From assembly GCF_964204645.1 (NCBI RefSeq), contig NC_134026.1, positions 2,007,950-2,071,949 of the forward strand: a DNA stretch of 64,000 bases, given 5' to 3'. The translations under genes were made by a program, and so were the position numbers. Below, in pieces: positions 41,198-53,726 of the stretch (the first letter of the stretch is position 1; each line of letters begins with the position of its first letter). The notes under the pieces are model-generated. The model saw only the letters and a list, made by a program, of their open reading frames with translations. It made no database searches and was not told where the DNA came from. The DNA is from Tubulanus polymorphus (taxonomy: Eukaryota > Animalia > Nemertea).

Positions 41198-41204
41198 TTT
41201 TATA
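41198..41204 (-). promoter_or_regulatory. TATA box (TATAAAA) for the secreted peptide gene
   Basis: GCCCTATAAAATGC on the minus strand, about 70 bp upstream of a strong AAG/GTAAGT donor at about 41132. Confidence 0.55.
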
Positions 41205-41905
41205 GGGCATTTCACTTACATAATTTTGATTTATTTTCGATTTCAATTCAGTTTATGGCCACACTTTTTATTTGAACAGGAAATTTCATACAACTCTCAA
41301 CATCTGTTCGTTAAACTCCAAACAATGCCTTATTCACAGTGCCGATTTTGAGAAAAATTTTAACATCATATTCGACAATTTATACAATTAATACAATAAT
41401 AATCATCTATTCATCTATTTCTCTTTATTCGATTTGATTTATTAGAATAATTATGGAGTTAGGTATATTTTTTACAATATGATAGTTTACACAGTTGTGC
41501 TAATTTTCACCGGCAATCTTCTCTATTTATGGTTTATATAAAACACGTTGCCGGACGGACGCCGCTGAGGGACTGATATAACACAGAGTAGAACCCAGTT
41601 CCTCGAGATGGGATGTCGACCCGGATAATCTAAAGTTGTGATGAAAATCAGTCGAGTCCTTTGTACCGAGGACGAGTTTCTCTCGGCCCACAGCCGCATT
41701 TTGATACTTCAGATTTGGACTTAGTGTACAATTTCGATTCATAATCACAGTTCTTACGTCCGAGAAAAATTGAAAACAATACATAATAAGCGATAAAACT
41801 AATTGATCATAATGTAAATATCAGACATTGACCTCTTTGAGGTAAAAGTCCAAGAAAGCACTGGCATTGTATGCACGAATTATAAGTTCATTGACTCTCA
41901 ATGCG

Positions 41906-44900
41906 TTAAGCTACTTCGGCCTCTTGAGAGACTTTTGAATATCCATTCTGTCCAAGTTTCGGAACATCGTGTTTAACTTCTTCTTTATCTTGCCTAGAAA
42001 CCCATCTACGCGACCTGGAAAGAATGTATTTTCAAAAATAATAACGATTCGCAATATATTCGAATTTCTGAAATTCCAATAATGGAACAATTCGTTCAAT
42101 GATATATTGCGCAATCTGATGGCTAAATTACATATCAATTCTAGAGAAAGACTGAATAGAACCGTTTTTTAGGTGATCAAGCGAATGTCATTCTTGAGGA
42201 GACTATATTGAAGGCATTATCGGTAGCCCTCGCTTTTTCCAGCGAATTGTGTCGTCAAATTACACTAACATCTTTGAAAAATTCGCAGTTATCTTTGCGC
42301 TTTTTCTCTCCATGAAAATAATTTTTTTTTGCGAATAAATCAAATTCATGGTGTGCGTTTCATAATATACTTACAACAAAGGACTGGCTGGAATGTGCAC
42401 CCGTTTTAACATCTCTAACGAATATGTCATTTCTACTATAGCCGCGTCGACGTTTCGCTGGCGTTTTTGATGGACGAGCAACGGAATATATATAATCGTA
42501 GATAAAAATGCTAAAGCACTTCCTAACAGAAACGCTGATGGATAATAACCGGTTAAATCGTACATCATTCCTGTAATTAGAGACAATTGTGTTATTCACT
42601 TCATGGGATTCGTCTGAACATATTCCATACGATTGTGACCAATAGATTTCATTCAATGACAATAAATGTTGAGATCTTCAGTGAATATTGAGGCAGTTGC
42701 ACTTAATGTTTAGGTAATCAAAAAGCAATCATATTTTTAAAGATGCTTTTGAAACTCATATCGAGCTATGCTACTGTGGAACGATACAATTAGTACGTAT
42801 ATGAATCGTGAACCAGCAACTTACCGCCAATGGGTGGACCTGTTGCTTGTCCAATACCAACAGAAACTGATAAATAGCCCACTGCCGCAACTGATTTATC
42901 AGCACCAAACATACTAGCCATTACACACGTCAATAGAGCGTATTTGGTTCCATGCGTAAATCCAAAAATCCCGACACTCGCGGATAAAGCGATGAAGTTG
43001 GATTTTAATTCACTTATCATAATTAAGGATACAGCCGATAACAGCGAACACGCGAATACTATAGTAGTTTTGTGCAATTTTTTGAAAGCGCCTAAAACGG
43101 CCATTATTATGCGACCTGCAGTACCTAGAATACCGATTATTGAGAGAAGCCAACATACCATGCGTTGGGCATGACCGTAACTCCTAGCATAATGTGGCAA
43201 GTGAGACATCACAATACATAGCGCCATATTCCATAGGATTTCTGCTGCTAATATTACGATAAATCGCCAGTTCTTCAGCAAAGCACAGTCACATTGTTTG
43301 AAATAATTTCGAAACGACTCGAATTGTACGATCGTATCAATCGTATCGAGTGAATCTTTGAATGACGATTCCGAGGGCATTTGACGCGGAGGCGAAAGCG
43401 CGGCGAAAACACAAATTTGAAATGCCAGTCCACTGAGTATGAGCAGGGTACCCCTCCATGACAAATGTTCGATTAGTCTTTCGATAACTGGGGGGAATAC
43501 AAGCACCCCTACACCGATACCAGTCGATGCTAAACATAAAGCTATGTCCCGATGGTGTTTCTCGAAATAAGACGTGATGATACCAATTAGTGGCATATAG
43601 ACCATTCCATATCCAAAACCTAAAATGATATTCAATTATTACATTTTTTTCTGACTCATTTGTTCCAAATTAAAACGCAGATTATAATACAACACGTGTT
43701 CCAATTAAAATGCTCTGAATTTTTTTTCTTTTGTGCGACGCATTTTCATCTTATCAAAGGGACAGCTATACAATGTTTCTTTTTATATCTTATATATATA
43801 TATATATATTTATCTGGGTCTTTACGATCGTTGAATATCTCAAACAGCCTAAATATTTCAAAGTCTATATTCATACGACCTAGGCCTATATCGGTATATG
43901 GAATAAAAATACACGAGCTTGCTTTTAAAAATTCCAACAGAGGCTTTAAATTGGTGATGATTCATTATAATTTCCATAAAATATGGTATTACCAGCAACA
44001 AATCCATATGATATATAAAGCCAATAAAGCGATGTCGCAAAAGAGCTAGCTAACAGCCCAGCCGTCGATATCAAAGCTCCCAGTAAAACCGTTTGTCGTA
44101 ATCCCAGACGATTGCTCAATGCACTTACAGCCGGACCTGAAAAAAAATCATTTCAACAAACATGAAATTGCATTGTTGAATTGAGTTGTAATAACAGCCA
44201 AACAAAAAAAAAATAAACTTGAACTTTCGTAATTTCAGGAAAAAATGTTGATTAGGAATTCGGTAATCTAATTTCGCTTTTGTTTCGTGACTGCATGCTT
44301 TGCTCCAAAACCCTGACACAACACACATTTTCGCTTTGTGGGATAGCGGACGAACAGATTCATCGAAACACATCAATTTAAATCTATTTTGGGCTTCTAG
44401 TTTAATGATCGATGCGTGCGAGGCTCCATCGACAAAAAACAACCCATGGACTAAACTACAATGTTCGTTTTATGGTTCATGGTTTCGTGCACGAGTTCTA
44501 AACCTTTTCAAACTATTCCAGTGAACTATATATCAGGTACGCAGTGTCATTCCGCTAGCGTCATTCAGACTTTGGACAGCATCCAAAGGTTGCATTTGTA
44601 AATTTTACAAGTAATAACATTTTAAATGATGGACACAGAGGCAGATCCAGAGTCACGTAAGAAATTTATGGCTTTTTGCCGCGATTTCGTCGCTCAACAC
44701 TATGATTGATTAGAAATTCTTTAATGGTAAAACAGCTAATTATTGCCACTATAATTATTTTGATACTTTTCCAGTTGTTCAAGGTTAGATTTGACTTTTC
44801 GTACGAAAATGTTCAGTCTGGAATTTTTGGGGATGCAATTTTAGAGCGTGTCCGGGCCTCAACTGAAGTAACGACTCACCGGATATCAGAGATACACCGT

Positions 44901-45081
44901 TGTTAATGGAACCGACTAATGACGTATCCGCTGCTGGCTGTTTGAAATAATCCATGAATTCAATATGTAAAACTCCATATGACAAACCCAAACCAACTGC
45001 AATAGCTTGGATAAAAAACGACCATAAAACAATTGCATAACCATATCGGGTTGAGTTCCCATTGTGACCCGCACAAACCAT
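41906..45081 (-). CDS. Monocarboxylate transporter (SLC16/MCT family, MFS), multi-exon
   Basis: TM1 YGYAIVLWSFFIQA..GL..SYGVL, GFGYGMVY, YFEK..R.IA, SWRGTLLILSG, GPPIGG and YDLTGYY. The terminal exon 42014-41906 (...SQEAEVA*) and the start codon are tentative. Confidence 0.88.
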
Positions 45082-46865
45082 TATTCATGTATATCAATGC
45101 CTGAAATAAATGTTACCAAATGTGACTGTCTTGTGTGCGAATGCATATTTCTTGAAATGCAGATTGTAAGAACAATCATTATGCTTGGCCTTGTAAAGGA
45201 CATATGACTCGGAGTCCAGGGCTATACTGAATTTAGAAGCCATATCTGCTTTTGGGTATACTAATTCCAAACGCAATTATCAAAATATATAATTCATGTA
45301 ACTTTTCTTCTAAATCAAAATGATAGATTCCGTACTATTAAATCTATGAGAATATTTTTCATCCGAGTAAGAAAGCTATATGTCCTTGGTCGCGAATCCA
45401 GATCTCCAAATGATATCGCAATTAGATTTTATACGAAATATATCCTCAAATAATAGATATTATGTATATAACTTACTATATGAATATTTACATTATTCCT
45501 ACATATACCAGTATATTTCTCGAATCAGCTGCTACTGGCACAGATACGTGGTGTTCTATGGTGCAAAGAGCACTGTTAATAGCGCTGTTGTAAATGAACA
45601 CATTTCCTAGAATATATCGTTCTGGGTCGAATGTTGACGCGATAAATTTCTAGGATTTCGTAATGGCATACTTGCATAATTACTAGAAATATCACGTTTA
45701 GATTTGGGATTTTACCTTGCAGTTATTATCTTAATTATCAAGATAATAACTCCAAGGGATTACTTAGTGAATTTCTTTGTAGAAGTGTTGCAAGCAGTTT
45801 TGTTTTGCAGTCTTATGCACCTATAAATCCTTAGTTGTTGTTTGCGCCTAATGCATGTGATTGAAGTCTGAAAGCAGTAAACAGCTTTTCTCGTCCTTGA
45901 CACAAATGAAATTGTGCAATTCTGTTTGTTATGCAGCGATGAAAGCAGTTTTGTTAAGTGCACAGATCACATTGGATCAGGACAAAGAAAAAATACAAAA
46001 TATTCAGATGCGGCAGAGTGGCGGATCCAGGGTGAGGCAATCAAAAACTCTTGACCTTCAGAACAAATTTAAAACGACTTCAAAAACTTGTGAAATATCC
46101 CATGACGCAAAATCATAACGAAATATATGTATATCTAAAATATAAATTTATTAATGCGACATGTTCGCTATACATATAAATAAACATTTATTAACATCAT
46201 TGTATAATTCTATTATTGATAAATTAATATTGACGGATTTTTTGTTTATAGTTTATTTTCACCATCAGATATTTTCACGAACCACATTTATACGCCCATC
46301 TGCGAGATTATAAAACCTACCAGCAACGATTAGATAACTATCTATAATCTTCTCTAACTAGCATCTAGGATTAAGGCAAAGAAATAATTCTAAGGTAAAA
46401 AACAGAACCCTTTCAGCGCGCTATGCAGGATAATATAGCTAAACAAGATGTCTGCTAATAATGTAGAAGAAATTCTGTTCAAAAGAGGTTTCATTCATGT
46501 CAAGTGCAAGCGTCTAGCTGAAGAAAATAAAGGTATCGTACTCTTCTATTCAGGCTCAACAACGAACTTCATTTCACATGCAATGAACTGGGAACCAAAA
46601 CAATTTCTTTCATATCTAACTTTTAAACATTTTTCTTTTTCCAAAATTTCAACACACGATGAAACTTGATGATTTTTCTTTGGACTGTATACAATTCGTT
46701 TTTCGTAAGTAAAGCTACGACGGTACTCAGAGAACAGATCTACAAATATATTTTCAACTCTGCTCCTACTTATTGTTCATAAGTGATAACAAATATCTTC
46801 GAAGATACTGACATGAACAAAGTTGTGGCAATTCGAGCAACTTTCACTTTTACAGCTTCATTTTC

Positions 46866-49800
46866 TCATGAAGTTAGAAGTTTACTATATCCAGATTCTA
46901 AACCCGAACTCATAAGAGTATCCTCTCTATCATCTTCATCATCGTTCTCATTTTCGTCATCTATTTTCAGATCTTTTAAGTAACCGATGCCTTCTCTGGC
47001 TGATAGCATTCTCTGCCTGGCATCCTGGAATGCCTGTATTACACCCATGATGTTAGCCTGTATTGCAGCACCGCTGTAATTAAATATAATAATCAATATT
47101 GATTTGATAATTGTAGTAACTCAACGACAAATATAATGTATGTCTTGAATAACAGGTGATACACAAATAGATTTTCTCAAGTCCGAGCATATTGGAAATC
47201 CATGAAAATATATGTAAATTAATATAGTAGTAAGACTCCTCAATACAACACGATGAATTTCACTACCCAATTATTTGGAAAAATCTTTTATTTCCTCAAT
47301 TCTCAACTAAGTTTCAGGTCAACTCATTAAAAGGCTAAAGAGTAAGGCAGAGTTTACTGTATAAACTTCATACTTAGTTATCATATCAAAACAATATCCC
47401 AGTTGATCAGATATTATGAGAGACGGATGTGCATCGAGTGGTGTCTATTTCACTCATATCTACGTTTTATGTTATCACTGTAAACTGATATTTCTGAAAT
47501 ACGCCCAACTCACCCTAAACGATCGATCAATGTTCCAACTTTTTTCTTCGACACATTCGAATCCAAGAACGACCTAAAATGATGCAATGAAGGCAATAAA
47601 TTCACACCCAAATACCAGCAATCGGTACCATGAGAAAGAAGAAAGTGTTCAATTAAAATCACAGTACCTTGATTGCTGTATGATATTAAATCGAAGCGTG
47701 ACCTCTCCTGTTGATTCAGTACGAAAACCATATTTACTCATATGCGTACCCTACAATTATACAAATCATTCCATCCCCGGTGATTATACAAATAAGCTTT
47801 TTCTGGATCAGTTTAAAAAGTTAGAGATAATTCTTAAGTAATGATAAGTTCTATTCTATTGAGTCACATTTCTACTTAGAACTGAGGAACTGGGTCCTGA
47901 CTTAGTATCCAAAAATATGTAGTAAATGAATAAATATTACGTCAAATGTAGTAGGGGTTGAAGTGTATGTAGGATCTTCTAGTTCAGGACATCCTCCGAT
48001 AAAGAATCGTCGTAGCTGAGACACGTGTGAATTTCCCAACGGGCGCCAGCAATAAATCGTCTTCGTCGATGAACCTGAAAAAAAATTGCATATAATTTCA
48101 CATTATGGGAAACGATTATCATCGATTTAATAAATCAATAAATTCTAATCATAAGTCGTACATAATGTATCGTAGTTAAATGTCAAGTACAGTTTTTCCG
48201 ATTTTCAAACTGGCACAGTTAAAAGCAGTGAAGTATCACATTTCACTCGACACAATCCATAAGTATTCATTGTCAACAAAACAAAAGGAACGGCAGCCAA
48301 TAAAGCGCATAATAACATACAATGTATGCTACGGACTATAACCAGAACAATTGTCTGATAGTAATATATTGTATGTGTGACTACCAGTATAGATTATTAC
48401 TCAATAGTTACATTGAAATACTCAACATGGTGAAATATAATACCGGTACATTGTAATTCGTGAAACTTTTTCTTTTTCGTGAAAATTCTTCTATTTTGAA
48501 ATAGCAATCTATTATTTACATATCTTGTCCTCAATGTGTGGTAACTAGGGTAATAACTTTTTGTGTACAGATTTTCTGCAAATGAAATCAATCGAACTGA
48601 ACTGAACGAACCCTTATGAGGAACAATGGTTAGTTATTGATTAGAATGTGCACCTGCTTTTAGAGGTATATTCAGATAACCGTATCCTTCAGTTCTATAT
48701 CTCGACCAGTTGTCTAACGATAGCACCTCAAAGTATAACACCGGTAATGCGGGCAAATCATCTGCAATATCATAGCAAAAACAACGTCATATACAACGTA
48801 ACTTATCAGGAATAGACAACGACAGAGATGAATTACTCGACTGACCTCTATTGTTCGGATTTATCGTGTCATTTTTGTAGAAAACTTCAAATCTAAACGG
48901 GAAACTGAAGTGAGCGATGTTATCCTAGAAATATACGAATTTACCTTTCATCACTGGTGATATACAAATGAAATAAATAATGAAAAACACAGTCCCAGGG
49001 TTGGATGAAGGAAAATTGGAAGGCTTGAGTTCAGAGGAAAAGAAAGGACATTTCTCAGATAAAGCACCCATGTTAAAAGTCACTAGTTGGGTCCCTCCAA
49101 CTACGGTTAGATATTTTTTTCCCTTTCAATCCATCTTAAAAGATGCAATTTCCGAGAGGATGAGGATCAAATTCATAAGTTTTAACAATCTCTGTCTTGA
49201 TTAAAAGGGTAACCTCGGTGGGAAGGCAGTGGTCTGGATCCCAGAGACTATATCCACCCCTGAACAGAACGTTCTCTAAAACTGCAAACATTGTCTTATT
49301 TCAATAGAAATCAAACAGGATCCCAAACGGCTGTTGGTGGAATTATCAGAATAATTTCTTGCCATTTTAAATCTTGTTTCCTACACAGCAAGTCTTTAGT
49401 TCATTTCCATTGCGAGTTACAAAATAATCCGTCTGATATGTTATCACATCTTACCCTTCCTTCAATCTTACACCGACACGTGTGAGTGACACCGGACATC
49501 TGATCATGTCCCGATCCGAACCAATCTGTAAATGAATCACCAAACAAAACACTTCATTACTGCGTTCTCTATTATTCTACCTAATTACAAAATACCGAGT
49601 TTTTATTACTTACTTCGCGGCAATTCTAGGAAATAATGTATGTACAAGTCGTCGTATTCAAAGTTTTTGGCAGTTACTGAAAAACAAAGTATCAAATTAC
49701 TAGTTGATATCGTAGATGAATGAAAAATGTTCGGACGATATACGAAAAATTGATGTACTTACAAATTTCTCCATTTACAACAAGACGGAGGACATCAGCA

Positions 49801-52503
49801 GGTGGCTAGAAAAATAACAATATTGCCGAAATGAAGATTAAACCTGCATCAGAGATTACAAGTTATAGGTTCGTGTTTTGGACTCTGTGCTACTAAGCGT
49901 TGAAGTTAATGCTTTTATTTTAAAGCTTGAACTTACCATTTCAAACTCATTTCCAACACAAGATTCTAGAAACTCAGAGTGTCGAGTGTACAACTATAAA
50001 CAGAATCAAAATATATACCATATACAATGTCTGGCACCGAGAAATCATTTTAAGTTAAAAAATAAACTCTTTTTTCAACTACACACCTCTTTATACATCT
50101 TCATTTCTCTATCCTGCTCTTGTCTGGAATTGATATCAGATTATTTACTAAATAGCTTTACATTCACATGATTGCTGACTGATCTATCAATTTGTTTCAT
50201 TGTCTTTCCAAAATGCTATGTAACTTTTTGCAAAAGTGTGATACTCCAATAATTACAGTAACTGCACTTACCTAGTCATTTGTTTCGAGACATGTTCCAA
50301 AGTATATTCAAAAGCATCTGCAAACGTAATCATCAACATGTATTTCAAGTTTTTTTAAAAACAAACATGAAGCAGATTACAAGTGTTCACTTAAGATATA
50401 CCTCTGCCCATTGTTGAAGTTTCAACGCGATATGGTTTTCTTCCTCTGCTGAAATCTGGACAAACGCTGACAACTCCGTTACTATCGACATTTATCGTAC
50501 ATAACACAAACTCATCATCATCCGTTGAAGGTCTGGAAATAAGTGACTTTACTTTTTACATGAATCGCTCACACATTCATGTATAATTATAGTACATGTA
50601 ATGATATAAGAACAACTTATTTTCTACAATGAACATCTTCACTCCTTTACATAAAATGAGGCAAACTTTAAAACCAAACTGCAGCAATCCTCGGCAGAAT
50701 ATTCAACATAAAATTACTTTGATAAAAATAGCCGAATAGGTTCGTTTAAAAAGATTTTTAAAAAGTTTTCAGATTTTACTGTCAGACTAGATCCAATGAC
50801 TAGGTAGAACTTTCCACAGTGCACGCGCGGCAAATTCAAAAGCCCTCTCAACACAATTTCTATTCTCACTACTGGTTTCACTGATCTTTAGGTTCAGGGT
50901 TTGTGAGGTGCAACAAACAAAATCATATATCGATGTTCTAATGAGAAGAAATGATTTGTTTGTATTTGAGAAGTTAACTTACTGTTCTCCCGATCCAAGA
51001 TCAGCCATTATGTGCATTGTTTGTGTTGGTCGATGCATAAAATGGTTTTTATCTTTTTTATCTTTGGATGGATTTAACTCAACGATGTTGATTCGAGGCA
51101 CATTAGCAGCACTGAAACGCAAATAAAACCAAATAGACTCTCATCTGAATATGTTAAATAAAATTATGGCATTCTTGAATTTGTAGACAAGATGCTCTCA
51201 TGAAAAGTCGAGAAAACACACAATATATATCTGATGAATATATGAGAGAATCCCACAATAAGGCTTGTATAAATATTAAAAATTTCTTGATGAATATGTT
51301 TTAGGTTTATTCTGGACTCTGTACCCCTGATGATGGCTATTAGTCTCTAGCCAAAATGTTGCCCAAATACAATTTTACTCAAAAACTTTACATCTTTGGC
51401 TAAATTATCGTAGGATTTCTATCATGAAACATGTCACTGATAGAACAAAAGATGTTGTTTTTGAATTGCCTACCTATCACTTGTCGGTCTCATTGAAAGA
51501 ACTTTACGTTGCCTCAATGAAGCCATTCTCCCAGCTAGCAACGTAGGTTTAGCATCAGGAAGTGTGGTTTCATTTGTTTCTAACTGAAATAATATAGAAG
51601 CAATTGCAATATGAACGATTGTTAATATTGAGCTGGAGAGGAGACAGACAAAGGGAGGAATTATACCGACCTGATCTTTACTGGTGAAATTATCATGATC
51701 TACATAGGAAAATAGACGTTTATTGGGCCGACCTTTATCCCTGAAACAACAACAAACCTCAAATGAATATTTCAATGACACAAGTCAATACAATGAAACC
51801 ATCTTAGGTCCTATAATAGATTTAGATATAACCAAATTAAAAATCTATGATCTAATGAACTTATATTTTGGTCCAGAAATTTGACGTAACATGGTAAGAT
51901 TGAAATGAAAATTTTAAGATCCGATTTCAGACTTAGGTCTAAACTTTAGTTTTGTACCTCAGTTTTGTAATATCCCCGTGATATTTTCGTTCCAGCACGG
52001 TTTCACAGTTTGCCTCATTACCATACAGCTCAAATTCTCTCTGTATCATTTACAATATAGAAATAGAGATTAAAGGCATCAATCAATAAACAAAGTGTTT
52101 ACAGCAAGTGAGAAAAAGTGAGGATCTCTTACCGCGGAAAAACATTTTTCCTGCCAGTCAAATAAATATAATTCATCATCTTTCCGCGATTCTCCTTCTT
52201 GTTGTCGACGTATTGAACGTAATTCAACTCCGGATGAGGATTTTTCACCGAGATTCGCCTGAGGTACGGTCGAACTTGAAGTGACTTTACGCAAATTCAC
52301 CCTAAAAAATGTTCAATTTTGATTTATAAATCTTGACAACCGCCCTATTATTGTAGAGCATTGCAGGATTTGGGTATTAGAAAAATAGCTTCCCACTCAG
52401 GATGAGTTGGAATTGATACATACCGTATTTTAATGTTTTTAACAGGATCTCTCGACCTGTAATACGCTGTACCGACATCGCTTTCTCCGAACAAATCCGC
52501 CAT
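46866..52503 (-). CDS. MKS1: Meckel syndrome type 1 protein, a B9-domain ciliary transition-zone protein
   Basis: [82 protein letters not shown] and [14 protein letters not shown]. Confidence 0.92.
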
Positions 52504-53726
52504 TTGTAAACAATCGTATCTCACCGCAGATATATTCCGTAATGACTGCGCCAACGGACATTTATTGTGCGGGCCGGACAAATAAAGCCGCGGGCACTAG
52601 CTGCAATCTCTTCCAGATTGAACCTTCAGAGTGAACGGAGCCCAGTTTCACAGTCGACATAAGTCCAACAACCCCTGCCCGAGAGTTTTTAACTCCCACA
52701 AACATTAATCAAAATTGTCCTTTGGCTAAAAAGTCAAATTCATGACAGTGTACGAGTTCATCTCCATTTCAATCAAATTACGGAATATTGACAAATTCAA
52801 GTTCTTGATTTACTCGGTATTGGTCATTAACACTGGATGCATACTATCATAAATTTTACCAAATGAAGCCATCCTTTCCTCAAAAAAGAAGAACAAATAA
52901 ACGTTATTCAACATATACATCATATTCATATTTATTGAGAATATTTCATCAATTATATACAGCACCAAATTTGAAATCATTGAAAACCAGGGCTGCCAAC
53001 ACCATCCGAATATGAACATATGATCATAATGATGAAGAGATGAGCAAATAGTTAGAGCGTTTAGCAGCCTTAACAACATTATAGCAATAATTTACAATCA
53101 GTTTTTTTTTCTGCGCAAACAGGAACCGAATAAAGAGATCGTACCTTCAAAATGAAGACAGAGCTGGAACTGATCAAAACATGATATCGTTACATAATGA
53201 GGATTGATTTCAGCAATTTTGAAAGATGTTTTTTTTTGTATTCTCTGCTCTACGACACGATTAATTACAGCGAAAAATAATGAGATGAGAAGTTTACAAC
53301 ATGAGCGTTACTACGGTGAAACTGAACGAGAGGTAAGAGGAACACACGTACAGGCGAATAATTCACAACAACGCGACAAGATTTCAGACAAAAATGAACA
53401 GTCAACAGTCAGCCTTCAATATACCACCCAACAGAAAACAGAACATCAGTATTTTGACTGGGAGAGAATCAAATTAAAACCCAAATCCTGATTCATCCAT
53501 GTGGGCAGAGTATATCGGGGGTTGACTTGTACGTACATCATCAAAATATACAATATCATTAAACTAATGTCATACACACAACGTTATATACCTATCATAT
53601 ATACAAACAATAATACGAACAATTCTTTTCAATTCATAAATAATAGGGCACGGTTTCACGATAGATATTAAAGTCCGAAACATGAATCCATCGACGGCAG
53701 AAATCTGCTTTAAACGATTATATGAA

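Noticed and set aside
41527-41784. GC-richer segment with a small hairpin, considered as a ribozyme or exon
   Set aside because: No complete hammerhead core (CTGANGA...GAAA) and no clear splice sites; probably MCT 3' UTR or intergenic.
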